Of a stretch of 64,000 nt of DNA, positions 8,969 to 18,950 are shown one piece after another. A program made the translations under genes and the position numbers. Each line of letters begins with the position of its first letter. The stretch's first letter is position 1. The notes beneath the pieces are model-generated. The model saw only the letters and a list, made by a program, of their open reading frames with translations, made no database searches and was not told the origin of the DNA. Origin of the DNA: Fidelibacterota bacterium. Lineage in GTDB: Bacteria > Fidelibacterota > UBA2242. The stretch lies in NCBI GenBank assembly GCA_018002295.1, contig JAGNGI010000002.1, positions 618-64,617 of the forward strand, written 5' to 3'.

Positions 8969-11818
8969 TCAGAATTCGATGTTGAAAATCAGCAATCTGG
9001 CGTGTAGGTCTTTTTCCGCCAAACGGTAGGCGAGCCGTACGCCGGCATTTAATTCGACCGCGAGCTGTAAAAGATTAAAGTCAAAATTCAGGTCGAGACC
9101 CACTGAATTATATTGCTGTTTGAATTCACTGGTTTTTCCCACGTTGAAATCGCCGAAAAAGGCACCCCGTAGGCGCTTGAGGTAAAACAGCGAACCCAGT
9201 GCCCAGTCCGGATAGGCGAGCGGCAATTCGTAGGTAGCGCCGGCACCCGCCAACCGGTCGTTATAAATATAGTCGTAGCCTTTGGCAAACGGCACCAGAC
9301 TGGCAAAGCGGTAATTGTCAGGATTTTGCAGTTCCACTTTGGCATTGAGCATCAGGCTATGATGTTTAGCCAAACCGGGCAAGTAATAATTCCCTTGGAA
9401 GGAATACATCTGACTTTGATAATCGCCACCCAGTGGAGTATGTTTGAAATTGGCTTTAACGGTATAGCCGGCGGTCGGCTTGACATCACGAATCGCTGGA
9501 GTCTGGTAATTCTGGTAGGCAATTTCATAGGAAAAAGGGACAAAGCCACCGTTACCAATCTCGTAATCTTCGACGGTGGTTTTATCACTGATGTAGGTAT
9601 AAGCACCACTCAAGCCGAGGTTCAACTTCCGGTTAAATACACTGCTAGAATAATCCAGCGGCAAGTTTGCACCCAATGAGAATGACGTTTCGTTCCAAGT
9701 CTCAGTGGTTAATTCGTCAAAAAGTCCACCGGAATAGCTGATTCTCTGGCCGAGGTTAAATCCGGCGCTCAGGATAGGATAAAAACCGGCATAGCAAACT
9801 TCCGATCCGACTGAAAAGGCTTTCTCGTTAGCATCGAAATTCAATTCAAAATTGGCGGCGGCATTATTGAGAATATCATTGGAAAATAATCCGAGATTGG
9901 CAGAGGTCTCCGAAAAGAAATAGTACCAGCTATGAAAATTGAATAAATGGCGGTAGGGATTATAATCCGTAACTGGATACGATCTGGTTGGGATTTTTCC
10001 CGCTTCGAAAATATTACCACCTTGTTCCTGAGCAACCAGCGTCTCATAATAGCGAATATCGCATCGTTCGACCGCTTCCAGCGCCTGCCAACGGGCTGGC
10101 TCGAGGTGCATTGCGCATACATCCAGACCATTAAAATCATAATCGCTAAAAAGCATCGTCGAGCCGTCGGCTGAAACCGCCGGGTAATAGGCGCCGTATT
10201 TGCGTGAAGTCACTTGGAAGCGACGCCCGTTGTCAATCTCCACCGCATAAATATTGTCAATTCCCGACCAAGCTGAGTTATAAAGCAGATAGTCGCCGTA
10301 AAAAACCGGATATTCGTCGAACGAGTGACATTCCGCGATAATCTTTTCAGTATTGTTCTCCAGATCGTAAATCGCCAGTGACTTGGAGGATTCAGATTGT
10401 TTAAAATAGACTAATTGCTTTCCATCGGGCGACCAGGCTGGGTTCTTGATAAAACCGTTATCCGGATTGGATAAAGTCCTGATTTCTTGACCATCATTAG
10501 AGTCAAGCAAAACCAGGTTGCATTTTCTTTCCGGGGTAAATTTTACAGCCGCGATCATCTGCCCGTGCGGTGCAACCGCTGGCGAAAAGTATTTACCGTT
10601 CTTGGTAAGTTTACGCTCCTGTCCGACTAATAAATCATAAACAACTATATCGGAAAAAATCGCGGCGCCCCAGCGTGGATGAGGCGTCAATTCTTCCCAG
10701 GCAATCAAATTCCCGGCAGTCGAAAACCGATTGGCGCTGGCGATTTTGGCTATTTCAGTTTCCTGCCCATCAGGGTTGATCTTCACTAAAGTATTGATGT
10801 CACCTAAGCCATTAATTACGGCGATGATTGAGCCATCAGTCGCATATTGCGGCCAGCGGTATTGTGTCCAGACCTTTTTTGGTTTTAAGTTAACTTTTTT
10901 GGCAGAGGTGATTTTCAGCCCTTCGATCGGTTTGCACCAGAGTGAATCGAGTTCAGTCATTGTATCATAATAAAGCTCTTTGGTTTTGCGACCGGTATTG
11001 ATTCGGCAAGCTTTCGAGAAACCAAATGGATTCCAGGAGCGGCGAGTCGAGCTGGTTAATACGTGATCCCAGATATTTGCGCCATACTGCCGTCGCCCAT
11101 GAGTTACCATTAAAAAGCCCAGATGATAATAATTCGGATAATAATCCTTGTACGAGCCAAGATAGGCTTTATCATAAGAATATAGTTTTTGATTGAGCAA
11201 CAAAGTCCGAATCGGCAGATCGAATTCCGGTTGGCAACCGCGTCCAGATTCAGTCAATGCAGTTTCCATAGCGACGGCATCGCCTTCCCAGAACCACATC
11301 GGCGCATGCCAGAACGAGAGCCCCAGAATCGCATATTCACCGAACAAAAATCCAGCTAACCGCGTAAATCCCGAATTGAAGCGATCAAACTGGACCATAT
11401 GGCGCCCTTCATGGGTAGCCAGGAGATTATACCATTCAATATTGCCGGACATAGCGGATTGATCGGGAGTCGTAAACCATTCACTTTTACGCGGGGCAAG
11501 GGTTACATAACCGTTAGCGACGGCACTGCGGTTGGAAAGGACTAATGGCCATTTAGGACTGTTCGCTTTCAGTGTTTTACGTAAAGGCAAGTAAACATAC
11601 TCGAGGGTATTAGCCATCCGCTGGCTTTCCGATTCGATTTCGGCGGGAAAAATTATCCGATAATGCTGTGTTTCTATCTGACGCCAGTGAATATCTGGCG
11701 GCGGTTGGTCGGAACCGAGCATTTGCGCCAATAGTCTATTTACTAAAATAAAAACGGATGGAATAGCAATCAACAAAGTCCGTAGAAAAATTCTATCTGT
11801 AGTAAATATAAATTTCAT
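8969..11818 (-). CDS. Large outer-membrane protein: N-terminal HExxH-containing domain + TolB-like beta-propeller repeats + C-terminal beta-barrel
   Basis: 949 aa with a signal peptide. It has a HEGRHMVQ (HExxH) motif and repeated WD40/TolB-like propeller blades (PAWSPDGKQLVYF, PAVSADGSTMLFSD). The C-terminal about 300 aa show an alternating amphipathic beta-strand pattern and end in a terminal Phe (LIFNIEF). Confidence 0.55.
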   Translation of the reverse strand: MKFIFTTDRIFLRTLLIAIPSVFILVNRLLAQMLGSDQPPPDIHWRQIETQHYRIIFPAEIESESQRMANTLEYVYLPLRKTLKANSPKWPLVLSNRSAVANGYVTLAPRKSEWFTTPDQSAMSGNIEWYNLLATHEGRHMVQFDRFNSGFTRLAGFLFGEYAILGLSFWHAPMWFWEGDAVAMETALTESGRGCQPEFDLPIRTLLLNQKLYSYDKAYLGSYKDYYPNYYHLGFLMVTHGRRQYGANIWDHVLTSSTRRSWNPFGFSKACRINTGRKTKELYYDTMTELDSLWCKPIEGLKITSAKKVNLKPKKVWTQYRWPQYATDGSIIAVINGLGDINTLVKINPDGQETEIAKIASANRFSTAGNLIAWEELTPHPRWGAAIFSDIVVYDLLVGQERKLTKNGKYFSPAVAPHGQMIAAVKFTPERKCNLVLLDSNDGQEIRTLSNPDNGFIKNPAWSPDGKQLVYFKQSESSKSLAIYDLENNTEKIIAECHSFDEYPVFYGDYLLYNSAWSGIDNIYAVEIDNGRRFQVTSRKYGAYYPAVSADGSTMLFSDYDFNGLDVCAMHLEPARWQALEAVERCDIRYYETLVAQEQGGNIFEAGKIPTRSYPVTDYNPYRHLFNFHSWYYFFSETSANLGLFSNDILNNAAANFELNFDANEKAFSVGSEVCYAGFYPILSAGFNLGQRISYSGGLFDELTTETWNETSFSLGANLPLDYSSSVFNRKLNLGLSGAYTYISDKTTVEDYEIGNGGFVPFSYEIAYQNYQTPAIRDVKPTAGYTVKANFKHTPLGGDYQSQMYSFQGNYYLPGLAKHHSLMLNAKVELQNPDNYRFASLVPFAKGYDYIYNDRLAGAGATYELPLAYPDWALGSLFYLKRLRGAFFGDFNVGKTSEFKQQYNSVGLDLNFDFNLLQLAVELNAGVRLAYRLAEKDLHARLLIFNIEF

Positions 11819-12026
11819 TAAACCGTACTATTATCAAATTAAATTTACGGGTAGAATCGGCAATCTCAAAAAATGCCCCAGTTTTAATTCAATTACAAAA
11901 ATTTGAAAACATTATTATCACCAATTAGAAAGCCAGAGGAAATTTCTCTTATCGAGTATAAGCTTATAACAAAAGTGTTATTAAAGTGAACTTTAATCAG
12001 AAAAACGAAAAACGCGTTAGTCCATT

Positions 12027-13457
12027 TCAGGATTTAATTTTGCGCGTGAAATCCACACCCTTTAGAAGAGCTTTTTGATTCAGCTCGACTAAATTTTTTT
12101 GTCTCAATACTTCGCCCAAGGAATTCAGGACAACTTCAACTGACATAAATCCTAAATATTCAATCAAAGCGCCAACTATAATCATATTAGCGGCTTTGGA
12201 ATTGCCCAGTTCGTCAGCCAATTTCGTAGCCGGGATTGGCAGAACGCGGACGTCCTGGCGCAGAGGTGCACGATCAATAATCGAATCGTCATAAATAATT
12301 ATTCCGTCGGAAATGACGTCATTTTCGAATTTATCGAGCGAGGGACGATTCATTGCAATCAAGATGGTTGGTTTGGCGACGACCGGCGAACCGATTTTTC
12401 GGTTTGAGATTTTAACACTGCAATTGGCGGTGCCACCACGTATTTCCGGACCATAAGATGGTAGCCAGCTAACTTCGTATTCATGACGCATACCCATCTC
12501 AGCTAGGACAAGCCCGAGACTTAAAATTCCCTGACCGCCAAATCCGGCGACTTTGATTTCTGCTGAAAAATTAGTCTTTTTATAGGGTGCGATCTTTTCT
12601 TTATCTACGGTGATCGGTTCAATATTTAATATAGAATGAAGCTGGGAACGATCGATTGATGGACGTTTTAAATCTCTACTCTGAAATTCATTGGAAATGT
12701 CTTTTTTAACTCCGAGTGGAAATTGTTTTTGAAGTACTTCGCATACCCATTCACGACTACGAGGAGCTGACATCTTGAGGTTGGAGGGACAGGGTGAAAG
12801 CACCTCGATAAAGCAAAAGGCATTCTTCTCGATCTGAAGTTGGAGAGCTTTACGAACCGCCTGGCGAGCATGAAGAATTGATTTGGTGTCACCAATCATA
12901 ACGCGCTCGACGTAAACAGGGGCTTTGAGAGTAGCGATTATTTCCGACATACCAATCGGATAGCCCTCGTTATTAGCATTTCTTCCATAAGGCGTCGTCA
13001 TAGTTTTTTGCCCGATTAATGTCGTTGGCGCCATTTGCCCTCCGGTCATGCCGTAAATCGCATTATTGACAAAAAAAACCGTTATGCCTTCGCCTCGGTT
13101 AGCGGCGTGAATTATTTCGGCGGTGCCGATTGCGGCTAAATCACCATCACCCTGATAGGAAATTACGATGGCTTCGGGGTGAGCGCGCTTAAGGCCAGTA
13201 GCGGCGGCTGGAGCACGTCCGTGGGCTACCTGAATATTGCCGGTATGAAAATAGTAATAGGCAAAAACACTGCAACCGACCGGACTGATAAAAATTGTGC
13301 GATCCTGAACGCCGAAATCAACCAGCGCTTCGGCAATCAATTTGTGCAGATTTCCATGTCCACAACCGGGACAGTAAGTAGTGGTAAGTTTGTCGGTACC
13401 GGGCTTGCGCTCAAACACATCATAAAAAATGGCTGATTTCTGCAATATGTTATTCAT
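12027..13457 (-). CDS. 2-oxoacid:ferredoxin oxidoreductase beta subunit (TPP-binding) fused to the gamma (catalytic-domain) subunit
   Basis: TPP-binding signature [10 protein letters not shown] ... GDGDLAAIG. The C-terminal [11 protein letters not shown]...[10 protein letters not shown] region is the POR/VOR gamma domain. It overlaps the alpha subunit by 4 nt. Confidence 0.85.
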   Translation of the reverse strand: MNNILQKSAIFYDVFERKPGTDKLTTTYCPGCGHGNLHKLIAEALVDFGVQDRTIFISPVGCSVFAYYYFHTGNIQVAHGRAPAAATGLKRAHPEAIVISYQGDGDLAAIGTAEIIHAANRGEGITVFFVNNAIYGMTGGQMAPTTLIGQKTMTTPYGRNANNEGYPIGMSEIIATLKAPVYVERVMIGDTKSILHARQAVRKALQLQIEKNAFCFIEVLSPCPSNLKMSAPRSREWVCEVLQKQFPLGVKKDISNEFQSRDLKRPSIDRSQLHSILNIEPITVDKEKIAPYKKTNFSAEIKVAGFGGQGILSLGLVLAEMGMRHEYEVSWLPSYGPEIRGGTANCSVKISNRKIGSPVVAKPTILIAMNRPSLDKFENDVISDGIIIYDDSIIDRAPLRQDVRVLPIPATKLADELGNSKAANMIIVGALIEYLGFMSVEVVLNSLGEVLRQKNLVELNQKALLKGVDFTRKIKS

Positions 13458-14506
13458 ACCGACCTCATCAGTTTTAGCAATTCGTCGTTAATTTCCTTTT
13501 CGGAAGGCACATTGCCTCCCAGCCGGTTATAAAGGTACACCGGCTTACGACCGGCGACCGCTAAACGAACATCATCAACCAACTGGCCATTACTCATTTC
13601 AACGACTAAGAAGAATTTGGCCTGTTCGGCAAGTTGGCTGATTTTCTTTTTAGGAAAGGGAAAAAGGGTGATCGGCCTTAGTAAACCGACCTTGACTCCT
13701 ACATCTCGTAAATTGTCAACGATAGTTTGCAGAATGCGCGATATAATTCCGAATCCCACCAGAACAATTTCCGCATCGCTGAGACTATAATCTTCAAAAC
13801 GAACTTCTTGCTCTTCTATAATGGCATATTTTTGCTGGAGCTTCAAATTATGGCGCTCCAAATCGTCCGGATCGAGTTCAATTGAAGTGATTAGATTATC
13901 GGAAGTCTCAGAAGTACCTTTGATCGCCCAGGATTTATCGGGAAACTGCTTTACCGGTTCGGGAAACTCGACCGGCTCCATCATTTGACCGACAAAACCG
14001 TCTGAGAGAATATAAACCGGGTTGCGGTATTTATCAGCCAGATCAAACGCCAGCATGCCGAAATCACACATTTCCTGAACGGAATTGGGCGCCAGCACGA
14101 TGCATTTATAGTTTCCGTGCCCGCCACCTTTGACAACCTGGTTATAGTCACCCTGTTCAGGAGCGATATTACCCAGCCCGGGGCCCCCTCGCATAACATC
14201 TACGATGACACAGGGCAATTCCGAACCGGCACAATAGGAAATGCCTTCTTGTTTCAGGCTAATGCCCGGACCGGAGGAAGCAGTCATAACGCGCTGACCA
14301 GCGGCCGCCGCACCGTAAACCATATTAATCGCGGCAATTTCACTTTCGGCTTGCAGGAATGTGCCACCTGACACCGGTAGATATAAAGCCGCCGCGTGGG
14401 CAATTTCACTAGCTGGCGTGATGGGATAGCCGTAATAAGCTTGACAACCGGCTAGCACTGCTCCTTTCACCACGGCTTCGTTTCCTTTTAAAAATTGTTT
14501 AGCCAT
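13454..14506 (-). CDS. 2-oxoacid:ferredoxin oxidoreductase alpha subunit
   Basis: [29 protein letters not shown]-terminus is typical of POR/KOR/VOR alpha subunits. It sits between the delta and beta genes. Confidence 0.85.
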   Translation of the reverse strand: MAKQFLKGNEAVVKGAVLAGCQAYYGYPITPASEIAHAAALYLPVSGGTFLQAESEIAAINMVYGAAAAGQRVMTASSGPGISLKQEGISYCAGSELPCVIVDVMRGGPGLGNIAPEQGDYNQVVKGGGHGNYKCIVLAPNSVQEMCDFGMLAFDLADKYRNPVYILSDGFVGQMMEPVEFPEPVKQFPDKSWAIKGTSETSDNLITSIELDPDDLERHNLKLQQKYAIIEEQEVRFEDYSLSDAEIVLVGFGIISRILQTIVDNLRDVGVKVGLLRPITLFPFPKKKISQLAEQAKFFLVVEMSNGQLVDDVRLAVAGRKPVYLYNRLGGNVPSEKEINDELLKLMRSV

Positions 14507-14520
14507 AGTTTAATCCTCCG

Positions 14521-14907
14521 CTATTTAATGGTTATGACCTTTTCAGGTGACACCGGGCGCAGACATCCCGCGCAGAGTTTTACCTTTTCATTGCCCTCTC
14601 TGGAAAAAACTTTCTGTTCGCTACCGCACTCCGGACAGAAAGCCCTCTCAGTCACTAAATCCCAGCGTTTGAAAACTGTAATGGCACCCAGTTCGGGACA
14701 ATTATAGAAGCAGATTCCACAGCCGGTACAGCCTTCTCCCTTATAAGCGGAAGGATGATAACCGTGAGTATTAAATCGGTCAGTCAAATACAAAACCTTT
14801 GGTGGACAGGACGCGATACATAATTCACAACCTTTACATTCTTCAGAGTTGATGATAACGTGTCCCCGCGTGACCGTTTTTTGGGGTACTGATTGGGTTT
14901 TATTCAT
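14521..14907 (-). CDS. 2-oxoacid:ferredoxin oxidoreductase delta subunit (2x[4Fe-4S] ferredoxin)
   Basis: Two CxxCxxCxxxCP motifs ([25 protein letters not shown]) plus a C-terminal Cys pair. It lies immediately upstream of the alpha subunit. Confidence 0.8.
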   Translation of the reverse strand: MNKTQSVPQKTVTRGHVIINSEECKGCELCIASCPPKVLYLTDRFNTHGYHPSAYKGEGCTGCGICFYNCPELGAITVFKRWDLVTERAFCPECGSEQKVFSREGNEKVKLCAGCLRPVSPEKVITIK

Positions 14908-14925
14908 ATCTGCTCCATTGTTTAA

Positions 14926-16110
14926 TTATGGTTTCATTTCATTGAAAACCTGTTTGAATCCAGGAATAGCGGCTTGAATTACGGCTTCGGGTACAGCATA
15001 AGAAATCCGAAAATATCCCGGTCGGTAAAAAGCAACCCCTGGCGTAGTGATTATCAGCCGATCCTGCAAAGCGAAAACGAATTTGACATCGTCATCAATT
15101 GGGCATTTAGGAAAGAGGTAAAAAGTGCCTTCCGGTTTGATAATTTCATACCCGATTTCCACTAAAGCGTCATAAATCATATCACGCCGTTTCTGGTATA
15201 ATTCGATAGCGACTTGAGCATCCAGTACTCGTCGAATAACTCTCTGCATCAACGCTGGCGCGTTAATAAAGCCCAGCACACGGTTGCAGAATGCCGCCGC
15301 ATTGATTAAAGCCGGATAATCTTCGATCAGGGGACTGACAGCCAGATAACCAATGCGCTCCCCAGCCAACGAAAGGTCTTTGGAAAATGAAGATGCCAGG
15401 ATTGTATGCCGATAATAACGAAATGGAGAACGATATTGGAGTCCGTCAAAAATGATTCTCTTATAAGGCTCGTCCATCAATAAATAAATCGGGCGACCAA
15501 ATTCGGCACTTTTTTCGGTCAGCAATCTCCCAATCTCACGAAAAATGTCTTCGCCGTAAACACGTCCGGTGGGATTGTTGGGAGAATTCAGCAGTAGAAC
15601 CCGAGTGCGTGGCGTAATTTTCGCGGCAATGTCAGCCGGATCGGGTAATAGTTCCGCATTTGCCTCGGAAATGACCAATTGCCCGCGGTGATTATCTACA
15701 TAAAATTCATATTCCGAAAAGAAAGGGGCAATTACGATGACTTCGTCGCCGGGATCAAGCAGAGATTTGAGAATGATGTTAATTGCTCCAGCCGCACCGC
15801 AGGTCATAACGACCTGATCTTCGGTAAACGGCAAACCACTTTCTCGCTCGAGCAAATTCGCCACCGCCGCACAGGTCTCGGGATAACCCTTATTTTGCAT
15901 ATAGCCATGCACATAAGTCCCAGTACGAGCTGATTCTTCGACCAGAACGCGATTAAAAATCTCCGGAGTAGGTAAATCCGGGTTGCCAAGAGAGAAATCG
16001 TAAATTTTATCCGCACCATACTGCTTTTTCAAAGCAATTCCGGTCTCGAACATTTTCCGAATCCACGATGAGCGGGTCATAGATTGAGCTATGTAATTGG
16101 AAATCGGCAT
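14926..16110 (-). CDS. Class I/II pyridoxal-phosphate aminotransferase (aspartate/aromatic/alanine type)
   Basis: SFSKDLSLAGERIGY PLP-lysine motif and a GNPDLP N-terminal motif. I moved the start to the internal Met at 16110. The track ORF extends to 16464 and would overlap the upstream nfnB by about 350 nt. Confidence 0.8.
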   Translation of the reverse strand: MPISNYIAQSMTRSSWIRKMFETGIALKKQYGADKIYDFSLGNPDLPTPEIFNRVLVEESARTGTYVHGYMQNKGYPETCAAVANLLERESGLPFTEDQVVMTCGAAGAINIILKSLLDPGDEVIVIAPFFSEYEFYVDNHRGQLVISEANAELLPDPADIAAKITPRTRVLLLNSPNNPTGRVYGEDIFREIGRLLTEKSAEFGRPIYLLMDEPYKRIIFDGLQYRSPFRYYRHTILASSFSKDLSLAGERIGYLAVSPLIEDYPALINAAAFCNRVLGFINAPALMQRVIRRVLDAQVAIELYQKRRDMIYDALVEIGYEIIKPEGTFYLFPKCPIDDDVKFVFALQDRLIITTPGVAFYRPGYFRISYAVPEAVIQAAIPGFKQVFNEMKP

Positions 16111-16117
16111 ATCACTT

Positions 16118-17581
16118 CTAAGTTTTATTTTGATTGGCTGAATCCGGCTCCGTAGCCCAGATTCCAGTTTTGAGGTATTCGTCAATTGAACGAGCGGCGG
16201 CTCGACCGGCGCCCATAGCCAGAATAACGGTTGCGCCACCTGTAACAATGTCGCCGCCGGCGAAAACGCCGCGCTTGGAAGTTCGTCCGCCCTCGCCGCT
16301 GGTAATGATATTGCCCCATTTATTGCATTGCAAATCGGGTGTGGTACGTGAGATGAGCGGATTTGAACCATTCCCAATTGCCATAATGACCAGATCAGTT
16401 GGGATTTCAAATTCACTATTGGGAATGGGAATAGGACGTCGTCGCCCATCGGAATCAGGTTCACCGAGTTCCATTTGCAGACAGCGGGCGGCTCTTACCC
16501 AGCCATTTTCGTCAGGTAGAAATTCAATCGGATTGGTCAAAGTTCGAAAAATGACGCCTTCTTCTTTGGCATGTTTAATCTCTTCCAGGCGGGCTGGCAT
16601 TTCTACCTCCGAGCGGCGGTAAACAATCGTGGCTTTCTCAGCTCCGAGACGTCTGGCGGTACGGACGGCATCCATAGCGGTGTTCCCGCCGCCGACTACT
16701 ATCACCTGTTTGCCTATTTTTATCGGGGTGTCAGCTTCAGGAAATTCATAAGCGCGCATCAAATTTACGCGCGTTAGAAATTCATTGGCGGAATAGACTC
16801 CCATTAGATTTTCACCGGGAATATTCATAAACCAGGGTAAGCCCGCACCTACACCCAGGAAAACCGCATCGAATCCAGCGACTTGAAAAAGTTCATCTAC
16901 CGTCATAGTTTTCCCTACGATAAAATTAGCTTCAAAGCGTACCCCCAATTTTCGCAGATTGTCAATTTCGTATTTGAGAATGGCTTTCGGTAGACGAAAT
17001 TCAGGAATACCGTAGATCAAAACACCACCGAATTCGTGCAGAGCTTCGAATACGGTAACGTCGTAGCCCCATTTGATGAGATCACTGGCACAAGCCAGAC
17101 CAGCCGGTCCGGAACCAACAATGGCGACTTTTTTCCCATTGCGCGGCGTACTAAGAGAAACTTGAGGTTGACCGTTCTGCCGTTCATAATCGGCGACGAA
17201 GCGCTCCAGTCTGCCAATCGAGACCGGACCGAATTTGCCGCGAATGACGCAGGTTTTTTCGCATTGTTCTTCCTGCAGGCAGACGCGTCCACAGACCGCG
17301 GGCAGAAGGTTATCCTCTTTGATTTTGCGCGCCGCTCCGCTAAAATCCCGCTGAACAATCAACCGGATAAAATCGGGAATTTTGATGCTAACCGGACACC
17401 CGTCAATACAAGTCGGATGGGGACATTCGAGACAACGTTGAGCTTCCCGTACGGCCGTCTCAGCGTCGAAGCCGAGATTAACTTCATTGAAATTATGGAT
17501 ACGTTCTTCGGGTGGTTGTTCCGGCATTTGCTGACGGGGAATTGCTAATCGTTCTTTTTTGCTGAGATTTGACGATGACAC
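16118..17581 (-). CDS. nfnB: NfnB-like / glutamate-synthase small-chain-like NADPH:ferredoxin oxidoreductase (2x[4Fe-4S], FAD, NADPH)
   Basis: GltD-type N-terminal Cys clusters (RCLECPHPTCIDGCPVSI, CGRVCLQEEQCEKTC) and two Rossmann GxGxxG sites (VAIVGSGPAG, VIVVGGGNTA). It is paired with an upstream PyrK-like subunit. Confidence 0.8.
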   Translation of the reverse strand: MSSSNLSKKERLAIPRQQMPEQPPEERIHNFNEVNLGFDAETAVREAQRCLECPHPTCIDGCPVSIKIPDFIRLIVQRDFSGAARKIKEDNLLPAVCGRVCLQEEQCEKTCVIRGKFGPVSIGRLERFVADYERQNGQPQVSLSTPRNGKKVAIVGSGPAGLACASDLIKWGYDVTVFEALHEFGGVLIYGIPEFRLPKAILKYEIDNLRKLGVRFEANFIVGKTMTVDELFQVAGFDAVFLGVGAGLPWFMNIPGENLMGVYSANEFLTRVNLMRAYEFPEADTPIKIGKQVIVVGGGNTAMDAVRTARRLGAEKATIVYRRSEVEMPARLEEIKHAKEEGVIFRTLTNPIEFLPDENGWVRAARCLQMELGEPDSDGRRRPIPIPNSEFEIPTDLVIMAIGNGSNPLISRTTPDLQCNKWGNIITSGEGGRTSKRGVFAGGDIVTGGATVILAMGAGRAAARSIDEYLKTGIWATEPDSANQNKT

Positions 17582-17595
17582 TGACTTTTTCCTTT

Positions 17596-18480
17596 TCAGA
17601 ACTTACTATTTTCGCTAATGACTTTGGATAATCGGCATTGATGAAGGACTTTATCCGGTTCGGTATTTAAAATATCGGCGGAGATTTTTTCCTGGGCGGC
17701 AAATTGTTTCTGACGGTGAGCAAGTTCTTCAAAATTAACCTGATGACCGTCAAATTCCGGACCATCTACACACACGAAAACAGTCTTGCCGCCGACTGAC
17801 GCCCGGCAACCACCACACATTCCGGTACCGTCAATCATTATACTATTGAGTGATACCATCGTCTTGATGGCATGGGGACGGGTTACTTCCGATACGGCGC
17901 GCATCATTGGTAGCGGTCCAACCGCCAGCACGAAGTCCGGCCGACGCTCACGGGCTATCACATTTTTTAAAACATCCGTAACTAAACCGGGCTGGCCATA
18001 ACTGCCGTCGTCGGTCGTAACAAATAATTCATCACAAATAGCGCGCATTTCAGATTCGCAAATGACCAAATCTTTTGTTCGGGCGCCTATTATCGCAATA
18101 ACGGTATTCCCAGCATTTTTTAAGGCTTTGGCAATCGGTAATGCTTCCGCCGTACCGACACCACCGCCAACGCAAACCGCCAGACCGTAATTTTCGATGT
18201 GCGTAGCTCGTCCAAGCGGACCGACCAAATCATTCACATAATCACCGCTTTTCAATAGGTTCATCTGACGAGTAGTTTTGCCTACTCCTTGAATAATCAA
18301 GCTAATCGTACCTTTTTCAAGGTCGCTATCAACAATCGTGATCGGGATTCTTTCGCCCTTTTCCCAAACTCGTAAAATCACGAATTGACCAGGCTGGGCT
18401 TTGCGGGCAATCAGCGGCGCCGAAATGATAAATCTTTTAATGTCCGGTGCGATGAACTCTGCTTTTATTATTTTATTCAT
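17596..18480 (-). CDS. nfnA: NfnA-like / PyrK-like FAD + [2Fe-2S] electron-transfer subunit
   Basis: 294 aa PyrK/sulfide-dehydrogenase-type protein with a C-terminal Cys cluster (GTGMCGGCRAS...CVDGP). It lies directly upstream of nfnB. Confidence 0.75.
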   Translation of the reverse strand: MNKIIKAEFIAPDIKRFIISAPLIARKAQPGQFVILRVWEKGERIPITIVDSDLEKGTISLIIQGVGKTTRQMNLLKSGDYVNDLVGPLGRATHIENYGLAVCVGGGVGTAEALPIAKALKNAGNTVIAIIGARTKDLVICESEMRAICDELFVTTDDGSYGQPGLVTDVLKNVIARERRPDFVLAVGPLPMMRAVSEVTRPHAIKTMVSLNSIMIDGTGMCGGCRASVGGKTVFVCVDGPEFDGHQVNFEELAHRQKQFAAQEKISADILNTEPDKVLHQCRLSKVISENSKF

Positions 18481-18573
18481 TGTCCTCTTTTTTAATTGAT
18501 TTTATCGAGCGTTATATGAGTGTAATTAACTACTTAGGTAATTAGTTTGCTACTCAGAAATATTCTTCAAGAT

Positions 18574-18933
18574 TTATGGATTGGGATTAAGAAAAACGTC
18601 GGATAGGGTTTCAAACTCTTTCAATGTATATGAAATCATTTTTAAGACGGTAGATAGTCCGACAACCGGCGCGGTCAAAATCAGAGTATCAATTATTTCA
18701 TCGCGGGTAGCGCCGGCTCGAATCGCTTTTGGCAAAATGATTTTAATGGCTTCTGGCGACGGGCTGTTGATCTGGATTGCCAGCATTATCAGATGACGGG
18801 TTTTTTCATCGAGGTGATTTCCGAGTGAATTAATCATTTTCTGGTAATTTCGTAAAACTTCCTTACGATTCTCCATCAAATAAGTCAGTCCGTCTTTATC
18901 AAGATCTTCCCATTTGAAATTATCATTCGTCAT
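18574..18933 (-). CDS. Carboxymuconolactone decarboxylase (AhpD-like) family protein
   Basis: 119 aa all-helical protein with a TRHLIMLAIQIN...GATRDEI pattern typical of the CMD/AhpD fold. Confidence 0.55.
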   Translation of the reverse strand: MTNDNFKWEDLDKDGLTYLMENRKEVLRNYQKMINSLGNHLDEKTRHLIMLAIQINSPSPEAIKIILPKAIRAGATRDEIIDTLILTAPVVGLSTVLKMISYTLKEFETLSDVFLNPNP

Positions 18934-18950
18934 TTCAATCCTCTGCCAAT

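Noticed and set aside
14926-16464. Full-length 512-aa version of the aminotransferase ORF
   Set aside because: The N-terminal about 118 codons overlap the nfnB gene (16118..17581) on the same strand and lack aminotransferase similarity. The internal Met at 16110 gives a normal ~394-aa enzyme.
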